Assembly: GCA_038496445.1 (NCBI GenBank)
Contig: JALMLS010000091.1
Location: 27,148 to 91,147, forward strand
Source: Trichosphaerium sp. ATCC 40318
Taxonomy: Eukaryota > Protista > Tubulinea
DNA: 64,000 nucleotides
Direction of reading: 5' to 3'
Shown here: one piece after another, positions 39,034-54,327 of the stretch
How positions within the stretch are numbered: position 1 is the stretch's first letter
Layout of the letters: each line of letters starts with the position of its first letter
Notes under the pieces: generated by a model
Databases searched by the model: none
What the model was told of the DNA's origin: nothing
Seen by the model: the letters and a program-made list of their open reading frames with translations, nothing else
Position numbers and translations under genes: made by a program

Positions 39034-42000
39034 ATGAGTGCCACACCGGCGAGGTATGTTATGATTTTGTGCACAAACACACAGAAAATTAAAGTATAAT
39101 ACGCAGGGATCCAGTTAAACGGCTTGAAAGTCGCTTCAGAAAGCTCGATAAAGCATTAAAAGAGGCTGAGAAGAAAATTGCTGCTTTGGAAGCGAGCAAT
39201 AAGAGCTTAAAAGAGCGCGTAAAGTACGTAGCTCATCAATGGCTTCATAATAAGCTAATAATGTTACAGGACCCTAGAAGGATCGCAAGGCGCATCACAC
39301 AGGCGAAGCACTAGTGGTACGGCTTATTGGTAGTGACCAGTAGCTTTTTTGCCATAATTGTGTTAATACGCGTTCATTATTTGTCATTTTGTTCTAAACA
39401 TCTCAATTCACGTTTAGGTATAGAAACAAAGAGCTCTGGATTGACTATCAAAGGCTTACGAGAGCCTTCAAAACACAAATCTTTTACAGTGTTTCTACCA
39501 AATAACCAAAAATCTGCTATGATATTCAAACCTAACGCAAAACTTTGTGATATTGTCACTAAGATATGCGAAAACCGCGGAATTCCAACAGATAAATATG
39601 TGTGTAAGGATATGAAGGGTAATAACGTAGATTGGTCAAAGAGTTTAGGAGAATTAAAGTGCGTTAACCAACTGCTTTCAAACTTTTCTTGTCATTGTCT
39701 CTTGAGTCCTATAATCGACTTTTATACTCACTGAAGTATAGTATCGTCGAAGTGACGTATAACACAAAAAGAAATACCGATAAGGGTTGGGATGGCTCTG
39801 GAGGTGATACAAACCGTAGCTCTGCAAGCTCTCGTATGTGTTTATTCTAGATTATTCGTTTTTATCGCATTTACAAGGCTTGGTTCTTAAAAAAGCGCAT
39901 AAATCTGATTTTTCTTTGAAATACTTTAAATTTACTCTATTGCTAGTACGCGACGCTCAAAGGTCACCAACTAGTGATGGACTACTTAAGGATGAAGTAG
40001 CTGGCAGAGTAAAAGAGGTTTGCTAACAAGTAGTAAAAATATTTATCAAATAACCTTTTCTGTTAGGCTGAGGGTAGTAAGGAACTCAATTTATCTTGCA
40101 TTGGAGTTAGGAATATCCCAAGAAGCGTTTCAACATACTACGATAGTGCCAAGGTGCGATTTAAGACATAATTATACTGTTTTGTTTTTCGGTAATTTCT
40201 GACATTACTTTGCTAGTTTACAAAACTCGATCTTGCTGAGAATGAGCTACGTAAATGGCCAAGAGCACTTTCAAACATGGCAGCGATTGAATACTTGGAT
40301 ATGAGTGAAAATCACTTGGGTTCTATCCCAGACGAAGTAACTGCGTTGTCCGCTGTTAAGGTAAGCACTATTTCTACGTGCTTGTTATTAGCTCATGCAT
40401 AAAAAAAGGTTCTACAACTTGAGAAGAACTCCATAAGAGTGGTTTCCCCTGAGATATCTCGGTTAGCAAACCTTCGCAAATTGCTCTTGGGCAACAATCA
40501 AATTACAAAATTGGATACATTACGGTATGTACCTGTTGTTTAGACAACTTCTAGAGTGTTTGTTAATGTTTTGGTAGGTTGGAAAACTTGGCATCGCTTG
40601 TACTTAACAACAACCCTCTAAAACGCGTACCTAAGCTTGTACGATGTTCCAATCTGGCAAAATTAGATTTGAGTCGGTGCAAGATTGTAGAGTTGCCAAA
40701 ACACTTGTTTCAGCTTACTTCTCTTATATTCCTTGATCTCAAGTACGTTTGATGTCTTTTAGTTTTTTGAAATGCAATCTACAAGTTTTTCGTTGTAATC
40801 GTGTAGACGCTCATCTTTACGCGTTAACTGCGTAAACACTAAATTAATTTTATAGCAACAACTCTATTGAGGTGCTTCCAGATGATATTGGTCAGCTGCG
40901 TAACATGAAGGCTTTGAATCTATCGTTCAATAACTTGCGTGTAAGCTACTTGCAAAAAAGTTTAACTACATGCATATTTACGCGCTGTTTTAATAGGATA
41001 TCACGCCTTCTATAGCGTATTGTTCATCCTTGTGGGACGAAAACGAAGAAGGACTTGAGTTTAAGGATAATCCAATTGCAAATGATGATTTATTAGATGC
41101 TTGGAATGAAGGCCAAGGTACATTGTTATTTGCTTTATGCACAAACTTAGAACTAACTCGTAATCTACAAAAAGCTGAACTCTTGAATTACTTGAAAGGA
41201 AAACTACCTGATGGGTTTAGAAAGGATTTGACAGCCTCTTACGGTATGTACTTGAAGCTCTTGGCATGCAACTTTTTTTTTTTGAAACTAAATCTAAAAA
41301 TGTCTTTAGGATCAGACGGTAATATGTCTGATGACAGTGCATACTCTGGTGCTAGTGACTCTTACTCCTACGATGAGGATGAAGAAGGTTTGTGACTAAT
41401 TTTTTTGCAATGGTTTTTCTCGGAGTCCATTGCGTTTGGCGAGTTCTAATGCTTGTACTTAGTTGTAACAATCTCAGAAAAGCTTGTAAAGCTTGCGAAT
41501 ATATATATTGGTGCAATTGATAAGGAGCTTACCCAACAACTTGAAGAGTTTATGGAAGCTACAAACAAAGCTATAAACTTTAAAGCAATCCAACCTCTTG
41601 TTAAAAAACTAAAGGTTATAAGAGACGTAAGTTGACACATTTTATAATCACCTACAAAAGGCAGAAAAAAGTCAAGAAAATTTTTTGGTTTTTATTTTCA
41701 GCCCTCAGTAAAATTGAGTTCGGTGACATTCCAAGTGAAAAATAGATACAGTCATCTATGTATTGTATTCAAATACTTCTCTTTTTTTTTTTGTTTCAAT
41801 GACTTGTACCCTTCTCTTTAACTTTTATTAATCATTTTTGTTAGCTTATTAAAAACAACAGTTGGATCCTTCAGGAAATTGATAGAGACTTCGCTGTTGA
41901 TAAAGATATGGATAAGTTACATCAAGCTCAATCTATTATTGAGGAGGAAATAACAGTATTGGGTATACACTTAAAGTATTGTCGTAGTAAGTTAAGCGCT

Positions 42001-42096
42001 TTATTGGAGCGTAAGACTATAAGACAAAGTGAGACAAATGATGCTGTTGCAATTGTTCAAATGCTTAAAGATTTGAAGCAACATCTTTCATCTTGA
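39034..42096 (+). CDS. Coiled-coil, Ras-binding (ubiquitin-like RBD) and LRR protein
   Basis: FTVFLPNNQKSAMIFKPNAKLCDIVTKICENRGI (RBD-like); LRRs such as LDLAENELRKWP, LDMSENHLGSIP, LNLSFNNL. Confidence 0.75.
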
Positions 42097-42529
42097 ATCA
42101 AATGATGGAATCTAAAGAGTTGTTGCCTGAGTTTCTCTTTCGCTGTTTTAATGTTGTTTTTTTCCTCAACTTAGCATTGTATCACAATGCTATTTCTAGA
42201 GGTATTGAGAAACAAAAGAAAAAAGTGGGAGGGAAGATAGTGGCAATAGCAATAAAATGTAAAAACCAAATCAGAAAAAGTAAACAAAAAAATTAAAAAG
42301 TGTTCCCGACTTATTTGACGTGAAGTCTAGTTGTTTTTTTGTGCGTTGAATGTTCTTCAAAATATCAATGAACTTCATGGATTGTGATATCACACTTTTT
42401 TATTTACATGGGGAGCAATTACAAGTCTTTTTTATGAAAGCTGCTGATTTGTACAAAAAGTAGGATTTTTTTTTCGTTTTTTCAAGGTCTTGTTTGGCTT
42501 TTAGCCTTCAAATTAATATGACCTCCACA

Positions 42530-45500
42530 TTATTTCTTATTAATCATTGGCTTGATTAAAGTATCATAGTATGGTGCAACGAATTGATGATTCTCTGAAG
42601 CTTGTTTTACAAAATCGAAGTAATGGTTGTAGACATCTCCATCCTTTCTACCAAGAGAAGAACGAAGAAGGAAATCAGGTAGATCAAATGCATCTACAAG
42701 AGGAACAGCCTCTCTTCTGACCATCTTACATAACAAGCGTGTCTAAATAGTACATAAATATCATACAAAAAGTACAAGAAGAAGACAAGAAAAAAAGAGG
42801 AAAAAAGGCAAAGAAAAACCAAAGCTTGTTTTTTGGACTAGTTCCTTTACAGTGATACGCAAGGGTTTCTGGTAAGCTCATACGTACTTGTTCGCTTATA
42901 AATTCACTCTGTTTAGCAGAAAAGTAACCACCTTCCAAGAAGTAACGCATAAATTCCTCCAAAGTCACAACTGCGAATAAATCACATAGGCGCAATAAAA
43001 CAGCCTTAACCTTCAAATCTTCGATTTGATCAATTGCTCTTACAAAGCTATCAAACGCGTAGAAGTAGCAGTGAGCCTACAGACAAAAAATCAGCACCAA
43101 GAAGAGGCACAAATGCGGAAGATAAAAAGTAGAAAAAAGTTATGTGCATACCTTTGCAACGTTGACCATCTTCACCATGTGGGCGTTCCATACCTGCCAT
43201 TTAGTACGGCCTGCTTTAGCTTGTACAGCCATACTTTCAACAGCTCTGGATACCATATAAACACAAAGCCATTCAAAAGCCTAAATCATAACTAGTAAGA
43301 AAACAAGAACAAACAGTTTCCAAAAAAATAAAAAAAGCGAAACAGAACCAGTGAACGATTGTTCACTCATCCTTACAACTGCACTTTTTTCTCGCCCCAC
43401 TGAAATACATCACGTTTTATTTAGCTAATAAAAACAGTATTTTCGTGGGGTAGGGAAAAAGAAAGAGACATTTGAGTGATTTTAGTGATTTGTAAAAGGA
43501 TTTATAAAAATGTACCTCTCTGTGTACTGTTGTATTGGCGAAGCTGCTCAAATCTTCACTTTGACATTTCTTTGATAGAGTTGCAGCTGGATTTTCCATA
43601 TACTAAAGAACTATAAGCACAAGACAGAGAGAGATATGCAAAGTGAAAAAAAATGAAAAAACTTTTGTCATACCTTAACAAATCCTTCTAATTTTTCTCC
43701 AGTAACAGCTTGTTTGTATGATTTCACCAAGAACTTAGCTGTTTGTTGAGCAAGTACAGTATTATCACCTTCCCAAGTGCAATTAACAGCATAATTAGCA
43801 AATGTACGAGAAAATCCAGAGTAACCAGAGTAACCATGTCCACCACAACACTAGTAAACATACGTAAGCACAAAAAAACAAAAAAGCTGTCAAAAAAAAA
43901 TCACAAAGCTATCTACGTACCTGACGTGCACGTTCGATTGCATCGATACACCACCATGTAAAGAAAGCCTACATATGTATAAATTAATAAACTAAGAAAA
44001 TTGTCTATTAAGGTTACCTTGAGACCAGCACTAGTAACATGCATAACATGTAATCTCTTCATATTAGATTTACTCAATTCAGCTTGTAATTGAGTGAATT
44101 GTACTTCAAGTTGTTGAGCAGTAAAGTGGAGAGCATATGTTTGTGCAAGTAAAGGCATAAGACGATATTGATGGGTTTGGTAGTCCAAAATTTGTAGCTC
44201 TTGGTCAGCATTTCCCTAATCACTAACTTAACCTCAAAGCAACCACAAACAACCTCTTTTATGATGTCGTACCTGTCTAAATTGTCTACGAATGGCACTG
44301 TAACGGATAGCAATAGTAAGAACCTTCTTGGCGTTGTCTGCGGCATCAGCGAACTATAATTGAGTTAGATTAAGAATCTCAGCTAAAACCACGTACAATT
44401 GCAACACGACCGCTCAATAATGCGCCGTACGACATTTGTGGCTTCACTTGAGTGACGAATTTACCCTGTAATGATAGATTAGCATCATGAGTGTATAATA
44501 ACTATAGTGGATTACCTCTGGAGTTACTTGGGCCCATCTCATAAGCATTCTATCTCTTGGGATACGAACATTGTGGAATCGTATAAAACCGTTGTCAAGA
44601 CCGTTTCTAGATAACGCAGGTGAGATAAGAACTTGTGCGTAGTCGTATTGATCAACTCTTACCTTCCCATCTTTGCACCGCAATCACCAATTTCTATACC
44701 AGATAGTGGTCTGTGGTCCTCTAAGCGTCTTAATTGGCATATAAAACTCTGTACGCCATAATCCTTTTTGTCAATGATGAGACGTGCAAAAACAACAGAG
44801 TGAGTTGCAGTCTGTCCAGCCATACCAATCCACCATTTTGTTGATGTCTGAGTTGGACTACAATAGAGTTTAGTAAAAAGAAAATATCCGCGTAGACATG
44901 TACCTGTTAAGTACGAACTCTTCAGTGCGTCTATCATAAGTCGCAATAGTTTCGATACCACGAACTACAAAGTGTCAGAATTACAAACCAACACATTTCC
45001 ATTAAAATACGCACCAAAAGAACCGTGTCCAAGTTCTGTCATAGCAAAGCAGCCAAATATTTGCATACGCTCAATTTTTGTCTCAAACTCTTTCTTCTGA
45101 GCTTCTGTGCCTTGACCCATAATGGCTGACTTGAAAAGTCCATGATGTACACCCATACGTGTCGCCCTACGAGGATGTATTAAGAAAACAAGCTAAAGAG
45201 CGTATGGCATTGCAGAATTGGTAAAATAGTGTATCAAAAGGAGTAAAGTACCAGTTGTTATCGTAAAGAGACATGACTCTCCAAAATGTCTGTTGTAGTA
45301 AATTATTGAAGTCCTACGAGCATTAGGAGAGTAAGTTTATACGGGTTGTGTACGTTTTGTGCTTTACGAGCGTCACCATCTACTTTATCACCTGAATTGC
45401 TCTTACGCGCTCCTGCGTTTGATCTGGTTTCATCCCACATCTCTGACACGCGTTTAATCTTAAGGAGATGGTAAGGGTCCAAAAAGTCTTTAGCGAAGCG

Positions 45501-45846
45501 CCGGAGTACCTTTGCCATAGTAGTAACACGCTCCTCTGCCCGCGTCATGTTGAGAACATTATTTCCATCATTTAGCACATCATCTGATCTTATACGCTCA
45601 GAAACCATTCTGCGCACGCGCGTTTGCAGTTCTCCGCCATCCTTAGCGTTATTAGCACACGTAGCATGGAATTCTCCGTACAAGCACATTTGTTAGCTTC
45701 TCCACCGCGAAAGTGGCTTTCTTACGCTCAGTTGTGAGTATAGCTGCTGCAGAGCAGGTTTGGCGGACTACTGAAGGAAAAGCTGTTCCTTGGGTTCCAA
45801 TGTGGCCCATGAGCACTTTAACACGATCGCTACGAAGTTGTTGCAT
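42530..45846 (-). CDS. ACOX: Peroxisomal acyl-CoA oxidase
   Basis: GCFAMTELGHGS, KWWIG, GDCGAKMGRNGLDNG, LDYQTHQYRL, TWEGDN, LVDAFDLPD, GRKDGDVY. Confidence 0.95.
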
Positions 45847-46342
45847 CGTCGGTATATTTATAAATGAATTTCTGTATTTTGGGACACGAATATTTCCCGG
45901 TTATGAAATTTATTTTTTGTGTGCTTTGTTACGAGCGTAACTTCTTTCTCTGCTATTTTTATGCGTTTTATAGGCGTCATATAACATTTTCGCACCGTAA
46001 AAGAAGTTTTGAATACTAAAATACTGGGAAGGTCGCTAAAGAGTGCTTTACGCAGGTTTTGGGTATTTGGGAACCTAGAAAGAACCATGTGATACGTTTG
46101 AAGGTTTTTGGAGAACAAGTAGGTTCGCTATTTCAAGTTTTCACATAGCCTTTACTGTTTACTTCAAACTGTTTGCTCACTACAATGCACGCCTACGCAT
46201 TTATTACGAGAACGAAACAATAATAACCTCACCTGTCTTTAGCAAAATTACGATTGACACGTCGCTGTTACGCGACCAAACTAACATCTACGCATACTAA
46301 CTAGTTTTCATGACATCTTTGTTAACATAATTCTTTGTTTTC

Positions 46343-47834
46343 TCACTTTTCTTGAATTACTGCCGTGACACGACCCAATTGAGTTTCGTAAAATGTTCGT
46401 ATGTCAGCAAGCTCACTTTCAGTGAGATCTGCCAAATCTGCTTCTTTCAAAACTTTCATTGATTTGGAAAGCTTGTTGATGTCGTGCATGTGTTTCTTTC
46501 CACTTTCTGTTCTTGCTATTCTTGATGAGCTCGCCTTGAGAAGTTTTCTAGGTTCTTTAGGTGTCATGTTCTTGCTCAGTAGCAGCTTGGCTATTTCCTC
46601 AATCGTTTTATCTTCGCTGTAAAGAAGTAAATTTCAAAATCTAAAGGTAAATTGCAAGCGTACTATGTAGCCAAGAAACCTTGTACGAGCTCTACAAATT
46701 CATCCAACTCTAGCGCACCACTGTGATCATTGTCGTAATGACTGAAGACCTGCAAACAAAGGTATTAAACAACCAAACAATTTTTTTACATTTCAAAAAA
46801 ACTTTACCATGTCGAGTTGTTGCTGAGAAACTGTCAAATGTCCATCTTCGCCAAATTTTTTGATTAATACAGAAAACTCTTTCCTGTCAATATGGCCATC
46901 ATTATCCGTGTCAAACATTTTAAAAAGTTCGACTATAGAGTCACTACAGTAGTGCCTTAGAAAAAACCCATCAACAATACAAAGTCAGTACTGGTATTCT
47001 TTCTTCTTCTCCACGATGTGTTTGTTTCCCTTCATCCAATTCTCTATTAATTTAACTATCTACAACAATAAAAAAGTTGTTATGAACATGCTTTTGGAGG
47101 TTAACAGAAAATTCTTCTTACTTCAGTGTACCCTCGAACTTTAGCACGTTGCTGTGGGGTGAAGTTGAATTCTCCTCCTTCTGCTGACATACGAAACTTT
47201 CTGCCAACGTCTACACTAACATTGTTGGCACCTCCTCGGTGTATACGATATGCTTCTGAGCCACTTTCAAGTAGCAATCGTACTACGAAGTTAATCAGAA
47301 ATCGACAACAAGTGGAATGTATTTTTATTAACGTGATAAACTTGCCTTTGTTAATGTGACCTTGTCTACACGCAAAGTGCATTGGTGTATCGCCCGCCTA
47401 AAGCGTATTGAGAATATTGCATTATTTTAAAGACGGTGTTGGTGAGTGCAGTGCGTTTGTTAACACTGGGGATTACCAAGCGATTTTTGCACTTAGAGAA
47501 CGGTGAATGATTTTGATACTTTTTTTTAAATACACGTCTTTGTTTCGCGTCTGTAATAGTATCACGTGCGTAATTTTAAAAAAATGTCCTAATGAGTTTG
47601 AAGCTCTATGTCGTAGGTCCGTACGTTATCCTGAACGTCTAATTTAGCTCCTGCGCTTATTAACAGCTTTAACGTTTCAATCTCATCCTTTCCAAAGTAA
47701 CAAGCGAGGTGTAAAGGCGTATCACCATCAGAGTTAGGTTTACTGAGCTTATTTTTTGCTTTAGTATGTAGAAGCTTTGTCAATCTCTCGACATTGTGGT
47801 TTGAAGCAGCTTGATGAAGTGGAGTGTTCCCCAT
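46343..47834 (-). CDS. Ankyrin-repeat plus EF-hand protein
   Basis: Ankyrin repeats GNTPLHQAA, GDTPLHLAC, GDTPMHFAC; EF loops FDTDNDGHIDRKEF and YDNDHSGALELDEF. Confidence 0.85.
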
Positions 47835-47976
47835 ACCTCTAACAATAAAATTTAACTGCTCCTCGCTTAAAATAATAGAATTCTGTAAATGAATCACTAG
47901 CTCATCGAACTCTGGGTAGAAAAAGGTATAACTAAGCAAACCGTATTCAGCTACGCTAATAGTTTATTTTGGACAT

Positions 47977-49716
47977 TTAGAATAACATAGCGGCACAGAT
48001 GATCTGTACGAGTAGCATAAAGACTACTGTAGCAGAACTTGAGAAAGTGGAGGATCCTTTTACTTCTGGATCACCTGGGAACTGGCTTGAAGCTTGACCG
48101 ACAACAGTTGTTTCGTAACCACCTGTTAAAGAAATGTTAGCTCGTTTGATTGAGTCTTGTAGAAGAAAGGCGTACTTGTTGAGAATTCGTTGGTGGAGGA
48201 TTCAACAGAGCGTTTTGCTTCTGACATAGCTCTGTGGGCTTTATCGTGTGCAATACCGACTTGTCTAACTGCTTCGAAAGTAGCTTCAACAATAGGATGT
48301 GTTGCTTGATTGATACAGTTAGAGTTGAATGGTATTTTGCTTTAAAACGTTTAAACTTACCTTCTGGTAGAGATCTCTTAGATGTACCCCATAGACCAAG
48401 AGCTGGGCCTACTAAACCATCAGCTTGTGTTGTGAATTCATTAGCAAGACCTAAGAGGAAGCAAGAGTTAATACAAAAGAACAGTATACTAGAAACACAA
48501 CTAATAACGTACCAACGAGAAGTACTTTACAGACAGTGTCGACACAATCTTGTTCACTACCAGCGCAAGGGAAACCATTCAAGATGCTACTAACACTTGA
48601 ACCGAGTGTGTTTGGTTGACCCAAATCGTTAAAGAACTCTTCGAATAAAACGAAAGCTTGTCTCAAAAATTCAAGGTATACTTGGAAGAATGGAGCACAT
48701 CTAGGAGCAACATAGTCGCATGTAGATTGAGCAAACTCGAACACAACGTTGTTTGCTATTTAAATAAGAGTCAGCACAACGATCTTATGTGGTTTTCAAG
48801 GTGATTGAGGTGAAGGACGATTAAAATGATAAAAACCCAAAAAAAAGTAAACGTACAAACATCAGTTACGTATGCAGTGAAACCAGAGTCACAGACCATA
48901 CACATAGCACCAATACGATGAGTTAACATAGCATAGTAACATTTTGACATTCTTGATGGAATAACAGTATCACTGGTCAACCACTGCATAAGACCAACAA
49001 AGTTTGATAGAAAGTTTTCGAGTGCTTTTCTAATCTTTTTGTCTTGTACTTGATCAATAACTCCATCGTAAGCAGAAAAAAAGTTCTGGTTAAACAAATC
49101 ATTTGCTTGCTTCAAGGCTGCCCTATTGACAAGACAGGTTAAAACCAAATGCGCAAAAGAAACCCAAAAGAGGAAAAAAGCCAAAAAAAAAAAAGACAAA
49201 AGCGGAAATTGTCCTCGTACTTTGTGGCATCTACATCCCTATCAATTCTCGCTTTGGCTAAGCCAGCTTCTTCAGAAATCTAGCTTCGTTTAGAGGTGGT
49301 TGGCATAGTTTGATGAATTTTTATTTGCGTACGCTTGAGAGAAGCATTTCGGTACAGCATTGTGTTCCATTATTCTCTTGGCAAACGCCAGTAGCAGGCC
49401 ACTAAATAAAAAATGTGAGTTTTGATTTTCATTCATTTCATTTCGCTGTATAGAAGTCATCACAACTCATTTGAGTAGCTATCGCAGCGTTTCGGAGTTG
49501 TTTGGACTGTGTAACAACGGAAAACAAGGCGTACCGGTTGTGGAGTTGTCTCAAATTGGGAAGCGATGTTAGGAAATAGAGAGCCGTAAACGCTGATCCT
49601 GGTGTTACCGACTGTACAGTCTTGAGCAGCAACAGCTTCAACAACGTTAGTTTTCAATAGCCGTATGAGTGTTGTGTACCTGCGAATATAAGAAAACAAA
49701 CAAGAGTGGCTTTCAT
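47977..49716 (-). CDS. Secreted Cys-rich surface protein with hydrophobic, GPI-signal-like C-terminus
   Basis: Signal MKATLVCFLIFA; spaced cysteines (CMVCD, CAPF, CAGSEQDCVDTVCK); ends GSSTFSSSATVVFMLLVQIICAAMLF. Confidence 0.65.
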
Positions 49717-50241
49717 GACCATATTGTGATTTTATGGCTTAGTCTAACCCGTTATTATTATTAAGTCACCCGAAAAGACCCGACCGGGCGTTCACTGTTA
49801 GAGGGTCGCTTGATGGTTCTACGCATGATTGTATTCGTTTTAATGTACGTCTAATCGAACCATCCATTTGTACGATTAACAGTGCACATCTTTGGGGTTT
49901 TTGGGGTAGTTTGGGTTACGCTGAAAAAACCTTTTTTGTGTTTATCGTAAGAAAACTTGTCAAAAATCTCAATATGGCCAATGATTGGGTGGATGATTAC
50001 CCACTTACCCAAGTGCCACGGTTTAGCGTGATTATAGCACAATTACAGAACTCTGGCGCTCATATGGAATTTCACTCATGAAGTTCGCAAAGCAGTACGT
50101 ACCGTGGAACGCTGTATTTTGATGCAGTTGCTCCTGCCATAGTTACAGCTCTTTAAATACGACCCATACAGTATTAAAAAAACGTTTTTTTTTATTTTTT
50201 TTTGTACAAGAAGGGGTTGGGTAAATATTTCGTTATCACAA

Positions 50242-51099
50242 TCAATTGTAAGGTTCTAATCGACCTTCACCGGCGTCGTATTCACAGTCAATGTTACCAT
50301 GTCTGTCCCAAGATCTATAGAGACCTTTAGGGCAACCATTCTTCACAAACATAATCATCATAATTTGACCATTGTCGAACCATTCTTTATATTCACCCTC
50401 CTCGAAACCGTTGACGTAGTTAGCCAAAGTGCCCAACGTGCCGTTGCGCCAGTACTCTCTGCATACTCCTTGAGCTAGCCCGTTGACCATAGTGAGTACA
50501 CTAGAGACCTCACCAGTTTTGTAGAACTCTTTGTATTCTCCTTCAGCTGCGCCGTCTATCATGTTGTAGATAGCCTTTTTGCTTCCGTTTTCGTGGTAGT
50601 CGATACACTGACCTTGTGGAGAGCCCTCTACGACTTCGTAAATTGTTTGCGGTTGGCCGTTACTATGCCACTCTCTGTATGTTCCGTTTCTACATCCGTG
50701 GTTCATATGACACTCGCTCTCTAGCTGTCCGTTGTCATGCCAAGTTTGCTTTAAACCGTGGGAGAATCCTTCTTTCTTAACGCATAGTGTCGCTAGACAT
50801 CCGTTTTCGTGCCATTCTTTGTAGTCTCCTTCGAGCTTTCCTTTGGCGTTTGTAGTCAAGCACTTCAATTGTCCGTTCTGATGCCATTGTCTGGAAACAC
50901 CGTGTTTTAGATCGTATGAAAAATACTCTTGTGATGATATAGATCCGTTTTCTAGCCATTTGGTAGTCATTCCGTGTCGTTTACCGTTTCGAAAATGTGA
51001 TTGAACTTTTTTCGATCCGTTTTTGTACCAAGCCTCCCAGGCCCCTTTTTTCTCGAGTTTATCGTCGAAATGGGTTCTAGTGGCAGCTGTCTTGGACAT
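50242..51099 (-). CDS. MORN-variant (MORN_2/YwqK-like) repeat protein, copy 2, intronless
   Basis: 285-aa uninterrupted ORF with GxYKEWHENG repeats; shares SKTAATRT with copy 1. Confidence 0.92.
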   Translation of the reverse strand: MSKTAATRTHFDDKLEKKGAWEAWYKNGSKKVQSHFRNGKRHGMTTKWLENGSISSQEYFSYDLKHGVSRQWHQNGQLKCLTTNAKGKLEGDYKEWHENGCLATLCVKKEGFSHGLKQTWHDNGQLESECHMNHGCRNGTYREWHSNGQPQTIYEVVEGSPQGQCIDYHENGSKKAIYNMIDGAAEGEYKEFYKTGEVSSVLTMVNGLAQGVCREYWRNGTLGTLANYVNGFEEGEYKEWFDNGQIMMIMFVKNGCPKGLYRSWDRHGNIDCEYDAGEGRLEPYN

Positions 51100-52050
51100 A
51101 AGGTGCCTAGGGCTCGGATTTAGAAAAAAATGTTTGATTGACAGGTTAAAAATTTTGTTACAAATTTCTCAAATGAAAAATCGCTCCTACGTACCACTTG
51201 GTGGATATTTCTTCTCCATAACCGCAAATGAGCTTCTGTATATCGGAAGGTAGCTGTGTAGGTGACGAACAGAGTGCTAAAAAGAAGATTAGGCGAGAGA
51301 TTCCAAAACGTCAAAAAAAAGCAACTCGTACGTCTAGTATTGTTTTCCATTTTGCGTTTGTTCATAGAGTTTAGGTAGATGTTGGGTATCAGAAGAGTTG
51401 ATGTTGCAATCAGTTGATGATAAGATAATGATTATTTTCGCCTGTCTATTTTGTTCTTGTCCGAGAAAATAAACCCAAAAAAAAGCGCCTGGAGCCCTTG
51501 ATAGACTACTGATGCACTCCGATCATATCTATCTGCTATCTGATCATACGAAAAAACGTATTCTATAGCTTTTAACTCCTTTTCAAAAGCTTGGACAATA
51601 AATAAACCAATCTTCGCTGAACGTGAAAACTCGCATTTCTTTTTTTGTTTATCAATCAACAATCTTTCTACCCACAAAAAATTGCTATCAGTCACGATTT
51701 AAAGCGTACCATTCAAAACTGAATTCTTTGTTATGTCTCATCTTGAGATGACGAATTGTTTTAATAGCTAATCCTCCTTTTATTAACTTTATTAAATCAA
51801 GTTTCAAACCCAGGTATTAACTATGTTTTTAGGTGCTACTGTTGTAACAAATACCTCTGGTATGATAAAAGCAAGACAACATGGACTCAAAACAATAATT
51901 GTATGACACGTATGTTTGCTAAAAACAATAGTAGTCGAAAAACCTTAACTTTTTAATCCGTCTATCCCACAAAATACTTTCGATATTGCGTCTACTATAA
52001 TAGCAGAAAAGTCAAAAATTTGTTTTATTTGAGGTTACATTATGTATTTT

Positions 52051-54147
<2,097 letters not shown>

Positions 54148-54327
54148 TTGTCTTTACTACTGTTGTACGTAACTGTAGAAACAGTTTCTGCTTTTTGCGT
54201 AATTTTCTCCGCAAGAGACTTTTGTTGTAAAAACGTTTCACGTCAGAGAACGCCAAAGAGCAATTTTAGCGCGTTATTTTAGGAAGTACTTGTCACATAT
54301 TGCGGATTCGCATGCTCTACGCTTATA
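54148..54327. promoter_or_regulatory. Probable bidirectional promoter between RIO2 and the Roco gene
   Basis: Head-to-head ATGs about 180 bp apart; similar arrangements at 1319-1529, 23157-23418 and 37709-37828. Confidence 0.5.

Noticed and set aside
49740-49830. GC-rich patch possibly a tRNA or other structured RNA
   Set aside because: No cloverleaf or T-loop consensus; it lies just upstream of a gene start and is probably promoter sequence.
51432-52000. Short minus-strand ORF (87 aa) and fragments between MORN copy 2 and RIO2
   Set aside because: No recognisable motif or consistent exon structure; it could be a decayed gene, but this cannot be supported.
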